A stretch of DNA of 32,000 nucleotides from Candidatus Paracaedimonas acanthamoebae (GTDB taxonomy: Bacteria > Pseudomonadota > Alphaproteobacteria > Caedimonadales > Caedimonadaceae): contig CP008939.1 of assembly GCA_000743035.1 (NCBI GenBank), forward strand, positions 1 through 32,000, read 5' to 3'. The translations under genes were made by a program, and so were the position numbers. The notes below the pieces were generated by a model, which was not told where the DNA came from, did not search any database, and saw only the letters and a program-made list of their open reading frames with translations. Below, one piece after another: positions 1 through 8,797 of the stretch (position 1 is its first letter; every line of letters starts with the position of its first letter).

Positions 1-40
1 AAAGATTGAAGATATCCTATTTTCTTATATTTTCTGCGGC

Positions 41-217
41 TTACAGATGCTCTTCTGCTTTCTTCTCAATGTCTTCTTTCAGCTTAAAAGCTCTATAATA
101 AACTGATCTAGTTTTACCTACCAGCTCGCACATCTTTTTAACAGAAAAGTTATCAGTCTTTATGAGAAAGTTTAAAGTTTTAAATTCTTCTAGCGTTGAT
201 GATATGGATACTGGCTT
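41..217 (-). pseudogene. IS3-family transposase fragment (HTH region); open frame bounded by stops, no usable start
   Basis: Minus-strand translation reads ...FSVKKMCELVGKTRSVYYRAFKLKEDIEKKAEEHL*. This resembles the HTH segment (LC..LG.SRS.YY) at the start of IS3 OrfB. Confidence 0.35.
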
Positions 218-266
218 TTAAGCGACTTAAGCTTAAAGTTTAGAAAGGAGCTATAACATCAACGCC

Positions 267-363
267 AGAAAAAGAAAGCCTCTGATCAGCGACTTGCTTT
301 TGCTGCCTAAAATATTAGATATCAACTATAAATTCATCTTACTTTAGTTAACTTGACGATGCC
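267..363. mobile_element. Deleted remnant of the end of the IS6-family element seen at 2151-2988
   Basis: aaaaagaaagcctctgatcagcgacttgcttttgctgcctaaaat ... ttaacttgacgatgcc matches 3117-3254, with an internal deletion and a degenerate terminal IR. Confidence 0.5.
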
Positions 364-442
364 CCTTAAAGAAGTAACACAGACAGAATATCAGCTTTAC
401 TCTTATCTGATAGTAAAGCTGATACTATTTGTGCTTAGGCTG

Positions 443-1063
443 CTAATCATCAATAGAATGCACAAAGCCGTATTTAAGCCCAGGCTTCGAAGCTTGCTTA
501 CTAAGGCCTTGTAAAGCTTTTGCATAGCGTCTTCCGTAGAATGTTACATTCTCAATACTAGGAAGTGCCTTAAGCAAATCAACTATGTGCGCTCGATTTC
601 TATCATTTATTTTTAAGCTGAGCACCTTTAAATTTGTTAAGTTATGAAGAATGGTAATATCATCAATATTAGCTTCTCTTAAACTTAGCTCTTGAATATT
701 TTGGCATTTCTCAAGAATCGTTCTTATCTGATCTTGCGTAGCTGAATTTGGAAAAATGAGCTTTCTTGGAGTTACTTCTTCAAGCAACGTCAGAAGCGAA
801 TTCATGCCTGTATTTAAGTTGTACTTTGAAAGATTAAAGGTTTTGTTCTTGAAGCCAAGTCGGCAGGGCTCGTCCATAGATTTGCAGGTTGCCTTTAAGC
901 TTCTTACATCAGAAGCAGGTAAGAACTCAGCAATAACCCCCCACACATCCTCAGGAAGTCTATGCCCTTGGCTTGATGATGCTAAGGTTGCAGTTGAAAA
1001 AGTAAGCGCCATAATTGATGCATTTAATGCAAACAGCTTCCTTAAATTTAAATGTTTACGCAT
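443..1063 (-). CDS. Secreted F-box / leucine-rich-repeat protein (eukaryote-like effector candidate)
   Basis: ATG start with gggaga RBS. N-terminal hydrophobic signal (LFALNASIMALTFSTATLASS). F-box motif LPEDVWGVIAEFLPASDVRSLKATCKSM. C-terminal LRR-like units (LHNLTNLKVLSLK..., IQELSLREANI). Confidence 0.8.
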   Translation of the reverse strand: MRKHLNLRKLFALNASIMALTFSTATLASSSQGHRLPEDVWGVIAEFLPASDVRSLKATCKSMDEPCRLGFKNKTFNLSKYNLNTGMNSLLTLLEEVTPRKLIFPNSATQDQIRTILEKCQNIQELSLREANIDDITILHNLTNLKVLSLKINDRNRAHIVDLLKALPSIENVTFYGRRYAKALQGLSKQASKPGLKYGFVHSIDD

Positions 1064-1194
1064 TATATTTCTCCCATATTTTCTTATTAGAACTGTAAGA
1101 TATCAATAATATATGAAAAATTTATTAAAAATAATTTACGAAAACTTACCCTAAAAATGATTTTGAAACTTTTCTAGAAGTAGACTTTAGAAAC

Positions 1195-1294
1195 TGAACA
1201 GGTTGATGAGGGCGTTCTGATGCTTATACGTTGGCAGGATCCTTGCATGCTGACCACTTGCAAAAAGGAAAATGGAAATATCTCTATAGGGTTG
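1195..1294 (+). pseudogene. Degenerate IS6-family transposase fragment
   Basis: Translates to ...LHADHLQKGKWKYLYR, compare SWHLDETYLRVKGKWKYLYR in the 7064-7789 transposase. Cut off by the IS110-like remnant at 1295. Confidence 0.4.
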
Positions 1295-1396
1295 TAATAC
1301 TGTGTTAAGAATCAAGGATTATTTTTAAGGATTTGAGGGTTAAAAGCTGTTTTATATTCCAGCACCTCAAAGCATACGTGAAGGAGCTTTCTCATA
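1295..1396. mobile_element. Diverged remnant (~100 bp) of the 3' end of the IS110-family element
   Basis: taatactgtgttaagaatcaaggattatttttaaggatttgagggttaaaagctg... aligns by eye with 8781-8885 and 23212-23316 with scattered mismatches. Confidence 0.5.
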
Positions 1397-1511
1397 TTTG
1401 ACTTTCAAGTCTACTCCCTTACCCCAAAGTGCAACAAAACCAGACAGAGTCCTTTAAGCTTTATTAACTTTTTCACCCTATTATTTAATCTGTAAACAAT
1501 AGGAGGTTATA

Positions 1512-1886
1512 ATGAAAATTAACAACAAACTTGTGTATGCTTCTCTTGTATTAGGTGCAGGATTTGGTAAAAATTGTTTTTCTTGTCCGCAAGAAATCCC
1601 GTTCACCGCTTTAACTGCTAATCCTGTACTAAACACAATGCACAATCAACATTACCTTTTTCAACCTATTACGGTAGGTGGCATACTATATAATAATACT
1701 GAAGTAAGGTTCACTGATAAAGATAAAACTAACAACGGACTTGGAAATGTCGTAACCAAGACTAGTGTTTTAACTATCCCTAAAGCTGAAGAAAATAATA
1801 AGGCATGTACGTATAAGAAAAATTGGGGTGATCAGCGTCACAATGATTATGATATAATGGTTATCCTTCATAAGGATTATGAATAG
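1512..1886 (+). CDS. Small hypothetical protein, possible signal peptide
   Basis: Strong RBS aggagg 6 nt upstream of the ATG. 124-aa ORF with no recognisable domain. Confidence 0.55.
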   Translation: MKINNKLVYASLVLGAGFGKNCFSCPQEIPFTALTANPVLNTMHNQHYLFQPITVGGILYNNTEVRFTDKDKTNNGLGNVVTKTSVLTIPKAEENNKACTYKKNWGDQRHNDYDIMVILHKDYE

Positions 1887-2063
1887 CTTTGTTTGAATTT
1901 GATAATCAACCTGTTGACATTTTTTAGTTTTATTAAAGGTAAAAGTTTTCTATAAAACTCAGATTTTGGATACAGGTTGAGTTTTAGAAAGTTAGTATTA
2001 AAATTAAAATATTTAATGATAAAATTACTGTTGCCTAGCCACGCCTACTTCCCTAGTATATTT

Positions 2064-2150
2064 GGTTCTATTGCAACTTTGAGCTAAAGGTAGAATTTAT
2101 CTAACGAAATAAAAGCCTTTTTAAATTTTAGACATAGTTGAAGTGTAGAT
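2064..2150. mobile_element. Solo right-end remnant of the 7000-7845 IS6-like element
   Basis: ttgcaactttgagctaaaggtagaatttatctaacgaaataaaagcctttttaaattttagacatagttgaagtgtagat resembles the reverse complement of 7760-7845. Truncated by the element at 2151. Confidence 0.55.
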
Positions 2151-2988
2151 GGCGCCGTCAAGTTAATTGGAAGGATTTATAAATAGGCAAGAGCTTAGTT
2201 TATTTTAGGCAGCAAGTATCTTAAGAGCCGCCTTGAGCCAAATGGCCTTGGGGGCAGCAAAAGCAAGTCGCTGGTCAGAGGCTTTCTTTTTGTATCGACC
2301 AACCCCTACTGAAAATAGATTTCTTACCTTTCCCATAAGTGACAATAATCTTTGAGCTCCTTGAGCTGATTTAAACTTTATCAAAATCTTCTCTTTCCGT
2401 CGTGTGGGCTGATGAGCATTCTTAGCTCTGTTATTTAATCTCTTATGCGTCCTATGATCAACCTTAGGGCACATAAAGCGTACAGGCTTAATATAACTTT
2501 TCAGCTTATCAGTAACGATTACTTGTGGCGTTGGATAAGATCTTAATAATCGACTGAGAAATCTAATAGCTGATTTCTTATTCCGATGTTTTTGAAGAAA
2601 AACATCTAGCTCTAGTCCTTCTCGATCAACAGCTCTCCAAAGAACAAACCATTGCCCATTAATCTTAATGTTCATTTCATCTAAATGCCATTTATCATAA
2701 GGATTTCTCTCCCGCTTCTTGATAACATTTAAGAAGTGATGAGCAAATTTATGGCACCATTCTCGGATTGTTTCATGACTGAGGATAATTCCTCGAAAAG
2801 CCATTTGTTCTTGGATATCTCCATAGCTATTATTAAACCGATGATAATGCCATATGGCTTGATTAATAATAGATAAAGGAAAGCGGTGACGCTTAGGCGC
2901 TTTAGTGAGAGACATTAAATAACTCATTTTTATTGCAACTGTAAAAAAAACTATCAGAAAAATTTACAAAAGTTAAGTTGACGGCGCC
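2151..2988 (-). mobile_element. IS6-family insertion sequence (type 3 in this window)
   Basis: Terminal IRs ggcgccgtcaagttaattgg (2151-2170) and aagttaagttgacggcgcc (2970-2988) flank a single 240-aa DDE transposase ORF. Confidence 0.75.
2205..2927 (-). CDS. IS6-family DDE transposase
   Basis: HRFPLSIINQAIWHYHRF..., WHLDEMNIKINGQWFVLWRAVD, VTDKLKSY, NNRAKNAHQPTRRKEK. These match the IS6/IS240-type motifs as I recall them. Confidence 0.8.
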   Translation of the reverse strand: MSYLMSLTKAPKRHRFPLSIINQAIWHYHRFNNSYGDIQEQMAFRGIILSHETIREWCHKFAHHFLNVIKKRERNPYDKWHLDEMNIKINGQWFVLWRAVDREGLELDVFLQKHRNKKSAIRFLSRLLRSYPTPQVIVTDKLKSYIKPVRFMCPKVDHRTHKRLNNRAKNAHQPTRRKEKILIKFKSAQGAQRLLSLMGKVRNLFSVGVGRYKKKASDQRLAFAAPKAIWLKAALKILAA

Positions 2989-2989
2989 A

Positions 2990-3254
2990 TCATCAGCCCA
3001 CACGACGGAAAGAGAAGATTTTGATAAAGTTTAAATCAGCTCAAGGAGCTCAAAGATTATTGTCACTTATGGGAAAGGTAAGAAATCTATTTTCAGTAGG
3101 GGTTGGTCGATACAAAAAGAAAGCCTCTGACCAGCGACTTGCTTTTGCTGCCCCCAAGGCCATTTGGCTCAAGGCGGCTCTTAAGATACTTGCTGCCTAA
3201 AATAAACTAAGCTCTTGCCTATTTATAAATCCTTCCAATTAACTTGACGGCGCC
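2990..3254 (+). mobile_element. Partial second copy (3' 265 bp) of the 2151-2988 element, in inverted orientation
   Basis: 2990-3254 is the reverse complement of 2151-2415. It looks identical in the stretches I compared by eye, and the junction was checked base by base at 2989-2995. Confidence 0.75.
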
Positions 3255-3298
3255 TAATAAAATTATCGTCTAAAAATTTGTAGAGACATGAAATAGAT

Positions 3299-4265
3299 TA
3301 ACCCAAGTTGCGTTTAAGTGATGAGTGTTGTGATGCTGTGCAGAGATGGTTTGTCACCTCTGATTTGATAATTGATGAGGCCTGCTAAGAGGTGAGCAAA
3401 AGTGTTGATAGGATTACGATGCCTGTGATGGATTAAGGTATTTAGGGATTTTAGAGAAGAGAATATAGTTTCAATAAAGGACCGTTTCATCAACATCAAT
3501 TTATCTGCAGTATCCATCAGGATATTCTTCATGTTTCTCTTAATTTTGGTGATAAGAGTTACACCACCTTCAAACAGTTGTTGGAAGAGCTCCTGAGAGA
3601 GATACCCTTTATCCCCGATGAGCTTTGCTGTTATGCCTTTGACCATCTCTGCAACAGGGGTTTTGTCATTAACATTTCCAGGCGTGATGGCAAGGCGAAC
3701 AATTTCTCCATGAGTATTAAAGATCAAATGAATCTTCATCCCAAAGAACCACCCAGTTGAAGTTCTTCCTTTCGCAGCCAATTCCTTAAAAACTTTATGT
3801 TTCCTTTCTCGTAAATTATGACAAACAGCTATGGGAGTGGAATCAATAAACAAGTACTCTGTAATTTCTCCTGTTAAGCTCTTGAGTAAACAAATAAGAG
3901 CCGGAAAAGCTTGCTTAATGAGTTTGATAAAACGTGCATAATGCACAAGCTTTGGAAACAGATGACGATAATGATAATATAAATTCAGGAAAAGTATTTA
4001 AAACAAGCCATCCCAGATTGATGATAAGCAATTAAGATTGTTAAAACTTCGGATAATGTTAGATGGCCTTCTCTGCGGCGACTGATCATATGACCAGATA
4101 TCAACTGTTTCTTATACCAAGGCTCAAAGCCTTTACAAAAATCGTCGACAAACCAAAATAAAGTATCATAATCTATTCCCATGAGGTAGCTCCCTATCGT
4201 TTCAAATAGAGAATACCTCATACCACTCCTATCTCAAACACTTTCCTTAAACGCAACTCAGGTTA
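3299..4265 (-). mobile_element. IS982-family insertion sequence
   Basis: Imperfect IRs taacccaagttgcgtttaag (3299-) and cttaaacgcaactcaggtta (-4265) flank IS982-like transposase ORFs. Confidence 0.65.
3314..4221 (-). pseudogene. IS982-family transposase split into two ORFs (3985-4221 and 3314-3946)
   Basis: The N-terminal part (DYDTLFWFVDDFCKGFEPWYKKQL...) and the C-terminal part (FIDSTPIAVCHNLRERKHKVF..., GWFFGMKIHL, GDKGYLS) are in different frames. This is either a frameshift or a programmed shift. Confidence 0.6.
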
Positions 4266-4358
4266 GATTAATTAAAAATTAACTTTTTTTCTTTTTAATA
4301 AACACTAAGCATAAATGCTTTTACGAAAAAATATTTTATATTATTGAGTGGTAAAATT

Positions 4359-4853
4359 ATGAAAAAATATATATTGCAGCACATCGCCGTTACTTTGTTA
4401 TCCGGTTCTTTGAGTTTATCTATAGTGAACGCTAGTGATTTGGATAAAGATCATTGTCCTTATGTTGAGCATACGTTTCAATATGGCCTCGTAAGCTCAA
4501 ATCAAGTTACTCCTCTAAGCCTTTCTATAATGGATGGCGAATTTTTGCGTCAAACTGGTGGAGGAAATGAATTAGAAAAGATTCAAAGGTCTGTTGGTTC
4601 TGTAGAATTGCTTTTGCTAGTTAGAGGGGCTCTGCAGGGAACCAATATTAATGCCATGCATGATATTGCAAAGAAACAGTATGCACAACAACAGATGGAG
4701 ATTGAGTTAGGTAAGATAGGTAAAAGTGACCTTAAAGAACAATATCATAGCCATGGAATTATTCCTATAAACGACTTGGAAAAAATACTTGAAAATGTCA
4801 AAAAAGATATTAAGGGTCATAAGCCTGAAAATAAAAAATGTAGTATACAATGA
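4359..4853 (+). CDS. Hypothetical secreted protein
   Basis: Start placed at the internal ATG (MKKYILQHIAVTLLSGSLSLSIVNASD), which gives a signal peptide. The track ORF begins at an upstream TTG (4344). No recognisable domain. Confidence 0.5.
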   Translation: MKKYILQHIAVTLLSGSLSLSIVNASDLDKDHCPYVEHTFQYGLVSSNQVTPLSLSIMDGEFLRQTGGGNELEKIQRSVGSVELLLLVRGALQGTNINAMHDIAKKQYAQQQMEIELGKIGKSDLKEQYHSHGIIPINDLEKILENVKKDIKGHKPENKKCSIQ

Positions 4854-4964
4854 TTAAGAAATTAAAATATTCTCATATTTTTATATTGAATAAGAAATAT
4901 GAGAATATCTTTTATCTGTATTAAATTATTTTCCTGTTACATAGGAAGTGTTTCGAGAATTAAA

Positions 4965-5747
4965 ATGAAATTATCAAATATTCTTGTTATAATCTCAACA
5001 TTGAGCTTTTTACTAATCTCTTCTCTTAAAGCAAGTGATCTTCGAGAAGAGGCCACTAATAATAAAAGCCCCTCTTCTATAACTTTAACTCACCTTCCAG
5101 ATGAGATAATAACTTATATCTTTAGCTATTTGGATTCAAAAACTCTCTTTGCTTGCGAAGCAGTGTCCCAAAAATTTACTGAAATAGTTCAGCACATATG
5201 GGAGAGAGAAGATAAAGAGATAGTTATAAAAAATCCTACTCCTGAAAAAATAGTAAATTTTATAAAAGATGGGCGACCTTTCAGGTCTCTTGACATCTCT
5301 AAAATTAAAGCAGAAAAATCTCCACTTACTTTAAAAGACTTGAGCCTGAAAGCATCCTTAAGAAGTCTGAATATTTCCGGGCATCTCTTATATCCTTTAC
5401 AGCTTGAGTTGTTATCAAACTTTACAACTCTTACAAGCCTTAAGATGAACAGAGTGATTATATTTGATACAGGAGATACTTTAAAAGGGCTATCTAATTT
5501 AACTAATCTTATTGTTTTAGAAGCAAACACCAATCATTTGGCTCCAAAGGCTTTACACACCATAACAACATTATCTTCGCTTAAGAGCCTAGATATTTCT
5601 AATAATTTAGCATTAGATCATGAATCGCTTGATCCTTTAAAATCCTTAAAGAGTCTTCAGCAGCTTAATTTAAAAAATACGAATATAAAACAAGATACTA
5701 TTCAAGAGCTGCGTCTCCATAATGCGACACTAACTATACAACAATAA
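4965..5747 (+). CDS. Secreted F-box / leucine-rich-repeat protein
   Basis: Start placed at MKLSNILVIISTLSFLLISSLKA (signal peptide). F-box LPDEIITYIFSYLDSKTLFACEAVSQKFTEIV. Several LRR units (LRSLNISGH, LTSLKMN, LTNLIVLEAN, LKSLDISNN, LQQLNLKNT). Confidence 0.8.
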   Translation: MKLSNILVIISTLSFLLISSLKASDLREEATNNKSPSSITLTHLPDEIITYIFSYLDSKTLFACEAVSQKFTEIVQHIWEREDKEIVIKNPTPEKIVNFIKDGRPFRSLDISKIKAEKSPLTLKDLSLKASLRSLNISGHLLYPLQLELLSNFTTLTSLKMNRVIIFDTGDTLKGLSNLTNLIVLEANTNHLAPKALHTITTLSSLKSLDISNNLALDHESLDPLKSLKSLQQLNLKNTNIKQDTIQELRLHNATLTIQQ

Positions 5748-5756
5748 GCCCTGCTA

Positions 5757-6654
5757 TTGACCTTGCCCCGTATAATTCCTCCAGTTTTTAGTTAGTATAA
5801 GAGATCAACTGGAGGATGCTATTATGAAGAAGAGCTATGGAGCGGAGCAGATAATCGGGTTGTTACGTCAGAGTGATGTCTTGTTGTCCGAAGGCAAGAG
5901 TATTGCTGAGATTTTTCGTCACTTAGGGATCTCGGATGCGACTTATTACAAATGGCGTAAGGTTTATGGGGGCTTGAAGGTTGATCAAGCAAGAAGGCTT
6001 AAGGAGCTTGAGCGGGAGAATGCAAGTCTCAAGAGAGCTGTTGCTGATCTAACATTAGATAAGTTGATATTGAAAGAAGCTGCAGAGGGAAAATTTTAAG
6101 CACCGAACGACAACGGCAATGTGCTATTAAGATCCAGCAAAAGTTAAGGATCTCCCAAAGGCGTGTTTGTGAGGTTTTAAGCATTCACCGTTCGGTGCTG
6201 AGATATTGCTTTAGACAAGAAGATAATGAGGAAGCGTTAAGAACAGCTATTATTAGGTTAGCACCTCGCTATGGAAGGTATGGCTATCGTCGGATTCATG
6301 CTTTGCTTAAAATAGAAGGCTGGCATGTAAACCATAAAAGAGTTGAACGTTTATGGCGAGAAGAAGGCCTTAAGGTACCCCAGAGACAGCCTAAGAGGGG
6401 AAGACTCTATTTTAATGATGGTTCTTGTTTAAGGTTAAGGCCGTGCTGGCCAAATCATGTTTGGAGTTATGATTTTGTAGCTGATCGTCTTGCTAATGGC
6501 AAGAAGATCCGCCTTCTCACAGTTATAGATGAATATACAAGAAAATGTTTATCCATCAAGGTTGGGTATCACTTAACATCAAATGATATTATAGACACAT
6601 TAAGTGATTTATTTATTCAAGGAGGCATCCCTGAGTATATTCGTTCGGACAACG
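5757..6654 (+). mobile_element. IS3-family element, 3'-truncated
   Basis: Putative left end starts tgaccttgcc. orfA, then orfB in the -1 frame. orfB breaks right after the ...IRSDN motif of the DDE domain. Confidence 0.6.
5824..6099 (+). CDS. IS3-family transposase OrfA (HTH + leucine zipper)
   Basis: GISDATYYKWRKVYGGLKVDQARRLKELERENASLKRAVADLTLDKLILKEA is the typical IS3 OrfA pattern. Confidence 0.75.
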   Translation: MKKSYGAEQIIGLLRQSDVLLSEGKSIAEIFRHLGISDATYYKWRKVYGGLKVDQARRLKELERENASLKRAVADLTLDKLILKEAAEGKF

Positions 6655-6665
6655 TCCTATATTAG
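6093..6665 (+). pseudogene. IS3-family transposase OrfB, truncated within the DDE domain
   Basis: The -1 frame relative to orfA reads ILSTERQRQCAIKIQQKLRISQRRVCEVLSIHRSVLRY..., then YGYRRIHALLK, WSYDF, IRSDN, followed by unrelated sequence and a stop. Confidence 0.65.
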
Positions 6666-6885
6666 GAAGATATTGGGTTAATAGGCAGAAACCTCATATC
6701 ATGAGTATGCCCTCATGAGTTTAAATAAGTCAAGCAGGCGGACTCTACTTTGCGGAAGAAGTTCTCATCCATAGTAAACACAGGGTCAGAAGATTCTCAG
6801 CCCTCACCATCCTTAATAAGAGATACAATTCCAAGCAGAAAGCCCAAACATTATCTACAGGGTCTCCTAAGCGCCCTTACGGCTC

Positions 6886-6999
6886 TTACAGAGAGGGGTC
6901 TTTCCGCCTGGTATCGCTCCCTTGAATATAGAAGGGGCGATAATCTGTTTTATTCTTTATAATGGCATGAACAGTTCTTGCCATTTTAGCAGTTACAGC
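6886..6999 (-). pseudogene. C-terminal fragment of a second, different IS110-family transposase
   Basis: Minus-strand frame reads AVTAKMARTVHAIIKNKTDYRPF...*. Compare IGAIMRKLLHICFGVLKYKTVFNP at the C-terminus of the intact IS110 transposase here. Confidence 0.3.
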
Positions 7000-7845
7000 G
7001 GCTGTGTTGCAACTTTGAGCTAAGGGAGTAAACTTAAAGGTCAAATAACTTTGGGTGCTACCTATGAAACATCAAGATTTCCGTTATCGACAATTCTTAC
7101 CTACCATTATCCTACAATGCATGCGCTGGTATTTAAGGTACCCCTTAAGCTACCGTAACCTGGAAGAGATGATGGAAGAAAGAGGCGTGGAGGTTGACCA
7201 TACAACTCTTTATCGCTGGGTGCAAAAGTATGCCCCTGAACTTGAGAAAAGAATCAGATGGCATGCGCGTACCTTCTGCAGATCTTGGCATCTTGATGAG
7301 ACCTACCTGAGGGTAAAAGGGAAATGGAAGTATCTTTATCGGGCTATTGATAAGAATGGAGGGACTATAGACTTCATGCTCTCAAGCAAACGTAATTATC
7401 AAGCAGCATATAACTTTCTTAAGAATGCTCTGAAGAAAACAAGAGTTAATGAGAGGCCTTTAAAGATTACAACAGACAAACACCCTTGTTATGCTCCAGC
7501 CATTCAAGCCTTAAAGAAAGAAAAGCTTCTTAAACCTCATGTTGAGCACCGTCAGACGAGGTATCTCAACAATGTTATAGAATCAGATCACAGAAGAATA
7601 AAAAGAAGGACAAGACCTATGATGGAATTTAAGAGTTTAGTCTCTGCTAAGAGAGTCATAAAAGGCATAGAAGCAATGAATATGATCGTTAAAAAGCAAT
7701 CATGTTTCTTTGCAGGCAGCATCCATGATCAGATCTATTTTATTCATCGCATCTTTAATATCTACACCCGAACTATGTCCAAAATTTGAAAAAGCTTTTA
7801 TTTCCTAGCTTAATTGTAACCTTAGCTCAAAGTTGCAACACAGCC
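7000..7845 (+). mobile_element. IS6-family insertion sequence (type 2)
   Basis: 26-bp perfect IRs ggctgtgttgcaactttgagctaagg at 7000-7025 and, inverted, at 7820-7845. Single transposase ORF. The flanking 8-mers gttacagc and gataaaag differ, so there is no target-site duplication. Confidence 0.8.
7064..7789 (+). CDS. IS6-family (IS26-like) DDE transposase
   Basis: MKHQDFRYRQFLPTIILQCMRWYLRYPLSYRNLEEMMEERGVEVDHTTLYRWVQKYAPE, WHLDETYLRVKGKWKYLYRAID, TDKHPCY, NNVIESDHRRIKRR. The track ORF starts at an upstream GTG (7055). Confidence 0.85.
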   Translation: MKHQDFRYRQFLPTIILQCMRWYLRYPLSYRNLEEMMEERGVEVDHTTLYRWVQKYAPELEKRIRWHARTFCRSWHLDETYLRVKGKWKYLYRAIDKNGGTIDFMLSSKRNYQAAYNFLKNALKKTRVNERPLKITTDKHPCYAPAIQALKKEKLLKPHVEHRQTRYLNNVIESDHRRIKRRTRPMMEFKSLVSAKRVIKGIEAMNMIVKKQSCFFAGSIHDQIYFIHRIFNIYTRTMSKI

Positions 7846-8525
7846 GATAAAAGGCCTTTCTCTGTGAGCACCTTTTCAACAGATTCCATGCCCTTCTCAG
7901 CCGTCCAGCGAAAAGCTCTCTGTTGATCCTGAGCTGCCCCATCTCTTGACTCGCCAACAATCACTAAACCCTTAGCGCTTATCCCGTAAGACCAACTCTT
8001 GCGTCCGCCATTTAAGGTGCCTAAGGATTCCATGCCCTTCTCAACCGTCCAGCGAAAGGCTCGCCGTTGATGCTGCGTTGCCCCATCCTTTGCTTCGCCA
8101 ACAATCACTGAACCATCAGAACTTACCCCCAAAGCAATGCTCTCACTTCCTCCATTTAAGAAGCCAAGGTCTGTAAAAGAGAAAGTACAATGCTCCCTCA
8201 CAAGGGCCTTATAATTTCTTTCTTGAGCAGAATTTTCTTTTAAAATGATTTGCGCTCTCTTGGCATATTCCCTCCAAAGTTGGTTATCGTCCATTAACCT
8301 TTGCCATCTTAAACTTGTGCTTGTGACAGAAGGGATATCTTTTTGGTTGAGAAACGAAAAGATGACCACGTAGAGTTCATCAGGTAGATCTTCTATGTGC
8401 TGGGCGCTATGAATGGGTGGGGAATCTTCATTCTCTGTACCAGACGGAAAGGCTAAAAGGCTTGTGGTCAACACAGTTAAAAGAAATATAAATCTTAAAG
8501 ATTTCTTAAAGCAAAATTTCAACAT
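7827..8525 (-). CDS. Secreted F-box / HAF-repeat protein, 3' end replaced by the IS6 inverted repeat
   Basis: Signal peptide. F-box LPDELYVVIFSFLNQKDIPSVTSTSLRWQRL. Two HAF-type repeats (GSVIVGEAKDGATQHQRRAFRWTVEKGMESLGTLNGG; GLVIVGESRDGAAQDQQRAFRWTAEKGMES). The last codons and the stop lie inside the IR at 7820-7845. Confidence 0.7.
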   Translation of the reverse strand: MLKFCFKKSLRFIFLLTVLTTSLLAFPSGTENEDSPPIHSAQHIEDLPDELYVVIFSFLNQKDIPSVTSTSLRWQRLMDDNQLWREYAKRAQIILKENSAQERNYKALVREHCTFSFTDLGFLNGGSESIALGVSSDGSVIVGEAKDGATQHQRRAFRWTVEKGMESLGTLNGGRKSWSYGISAKGLVIVGESRDGAAQDQQRAFRWTAEKGMESVEKVLTEKGLLSAVLQL

Positions 8526-8548
8526 GGTATCTTCCTATTGATAATATG

Positions 8549-8600
8549 GGTTTTATTGCAACTTTGAGCTAAAATTACAATTAAGCTAAGGAAATATGGA
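8549..8600. mobile_element. Solo end remnant of the type-2 IS6-like element
   Basis: ttattgcaactttgagctaaaattacaattaagctaaggaaata resembles the terminal ~45 bp of 7000-7845 (right end, inverted). Confidence 0.5.
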
Positions 8601-8797
8601 GCCAATTAAAACTAAATAATAGTAATATCCAGCATGATCCGGGAAAGAACACTCTCAAGTTCGACTTAAGAAGAGAAGAAAGCCTAATAATCCTGACTTT
8701 CCAAAAGCCTTAGCGGCTAAGTAACTTTATCAAGAAAAGAACTTCCCTATTTAAGAAATCTGTCAAAGATTAGACGGCCCTGATACTGTGTTAAGGA

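Noticed and set aside
756-1109. 117-aa plus-strand ORF overlapping the F-box/LRR gene
   Set aside because: It lies almost entirely antisense to a well supported CDS, with no RBS or motif. Typical shadow ORF.
3578-3760. 60-aa ORF antisense to the IS982 transposase
   Set aside because: Shadow ORF inside a recognisable transposase frame.
5189-5533. 114-aa minus-strand ORF inside the second F-box/LRR gene
   Set aside because: Antisense to a motif-supported CDS, with low-complexity translation.
6750-6962. 70-aa plus-strand ORF between the truncated IS3 and the IS6 element
   Set aside because: It begins with a non-ATG start and has no RBS. The region looks like IS debris, and the opposite strand carries an IS110-like C-terminal fragment.
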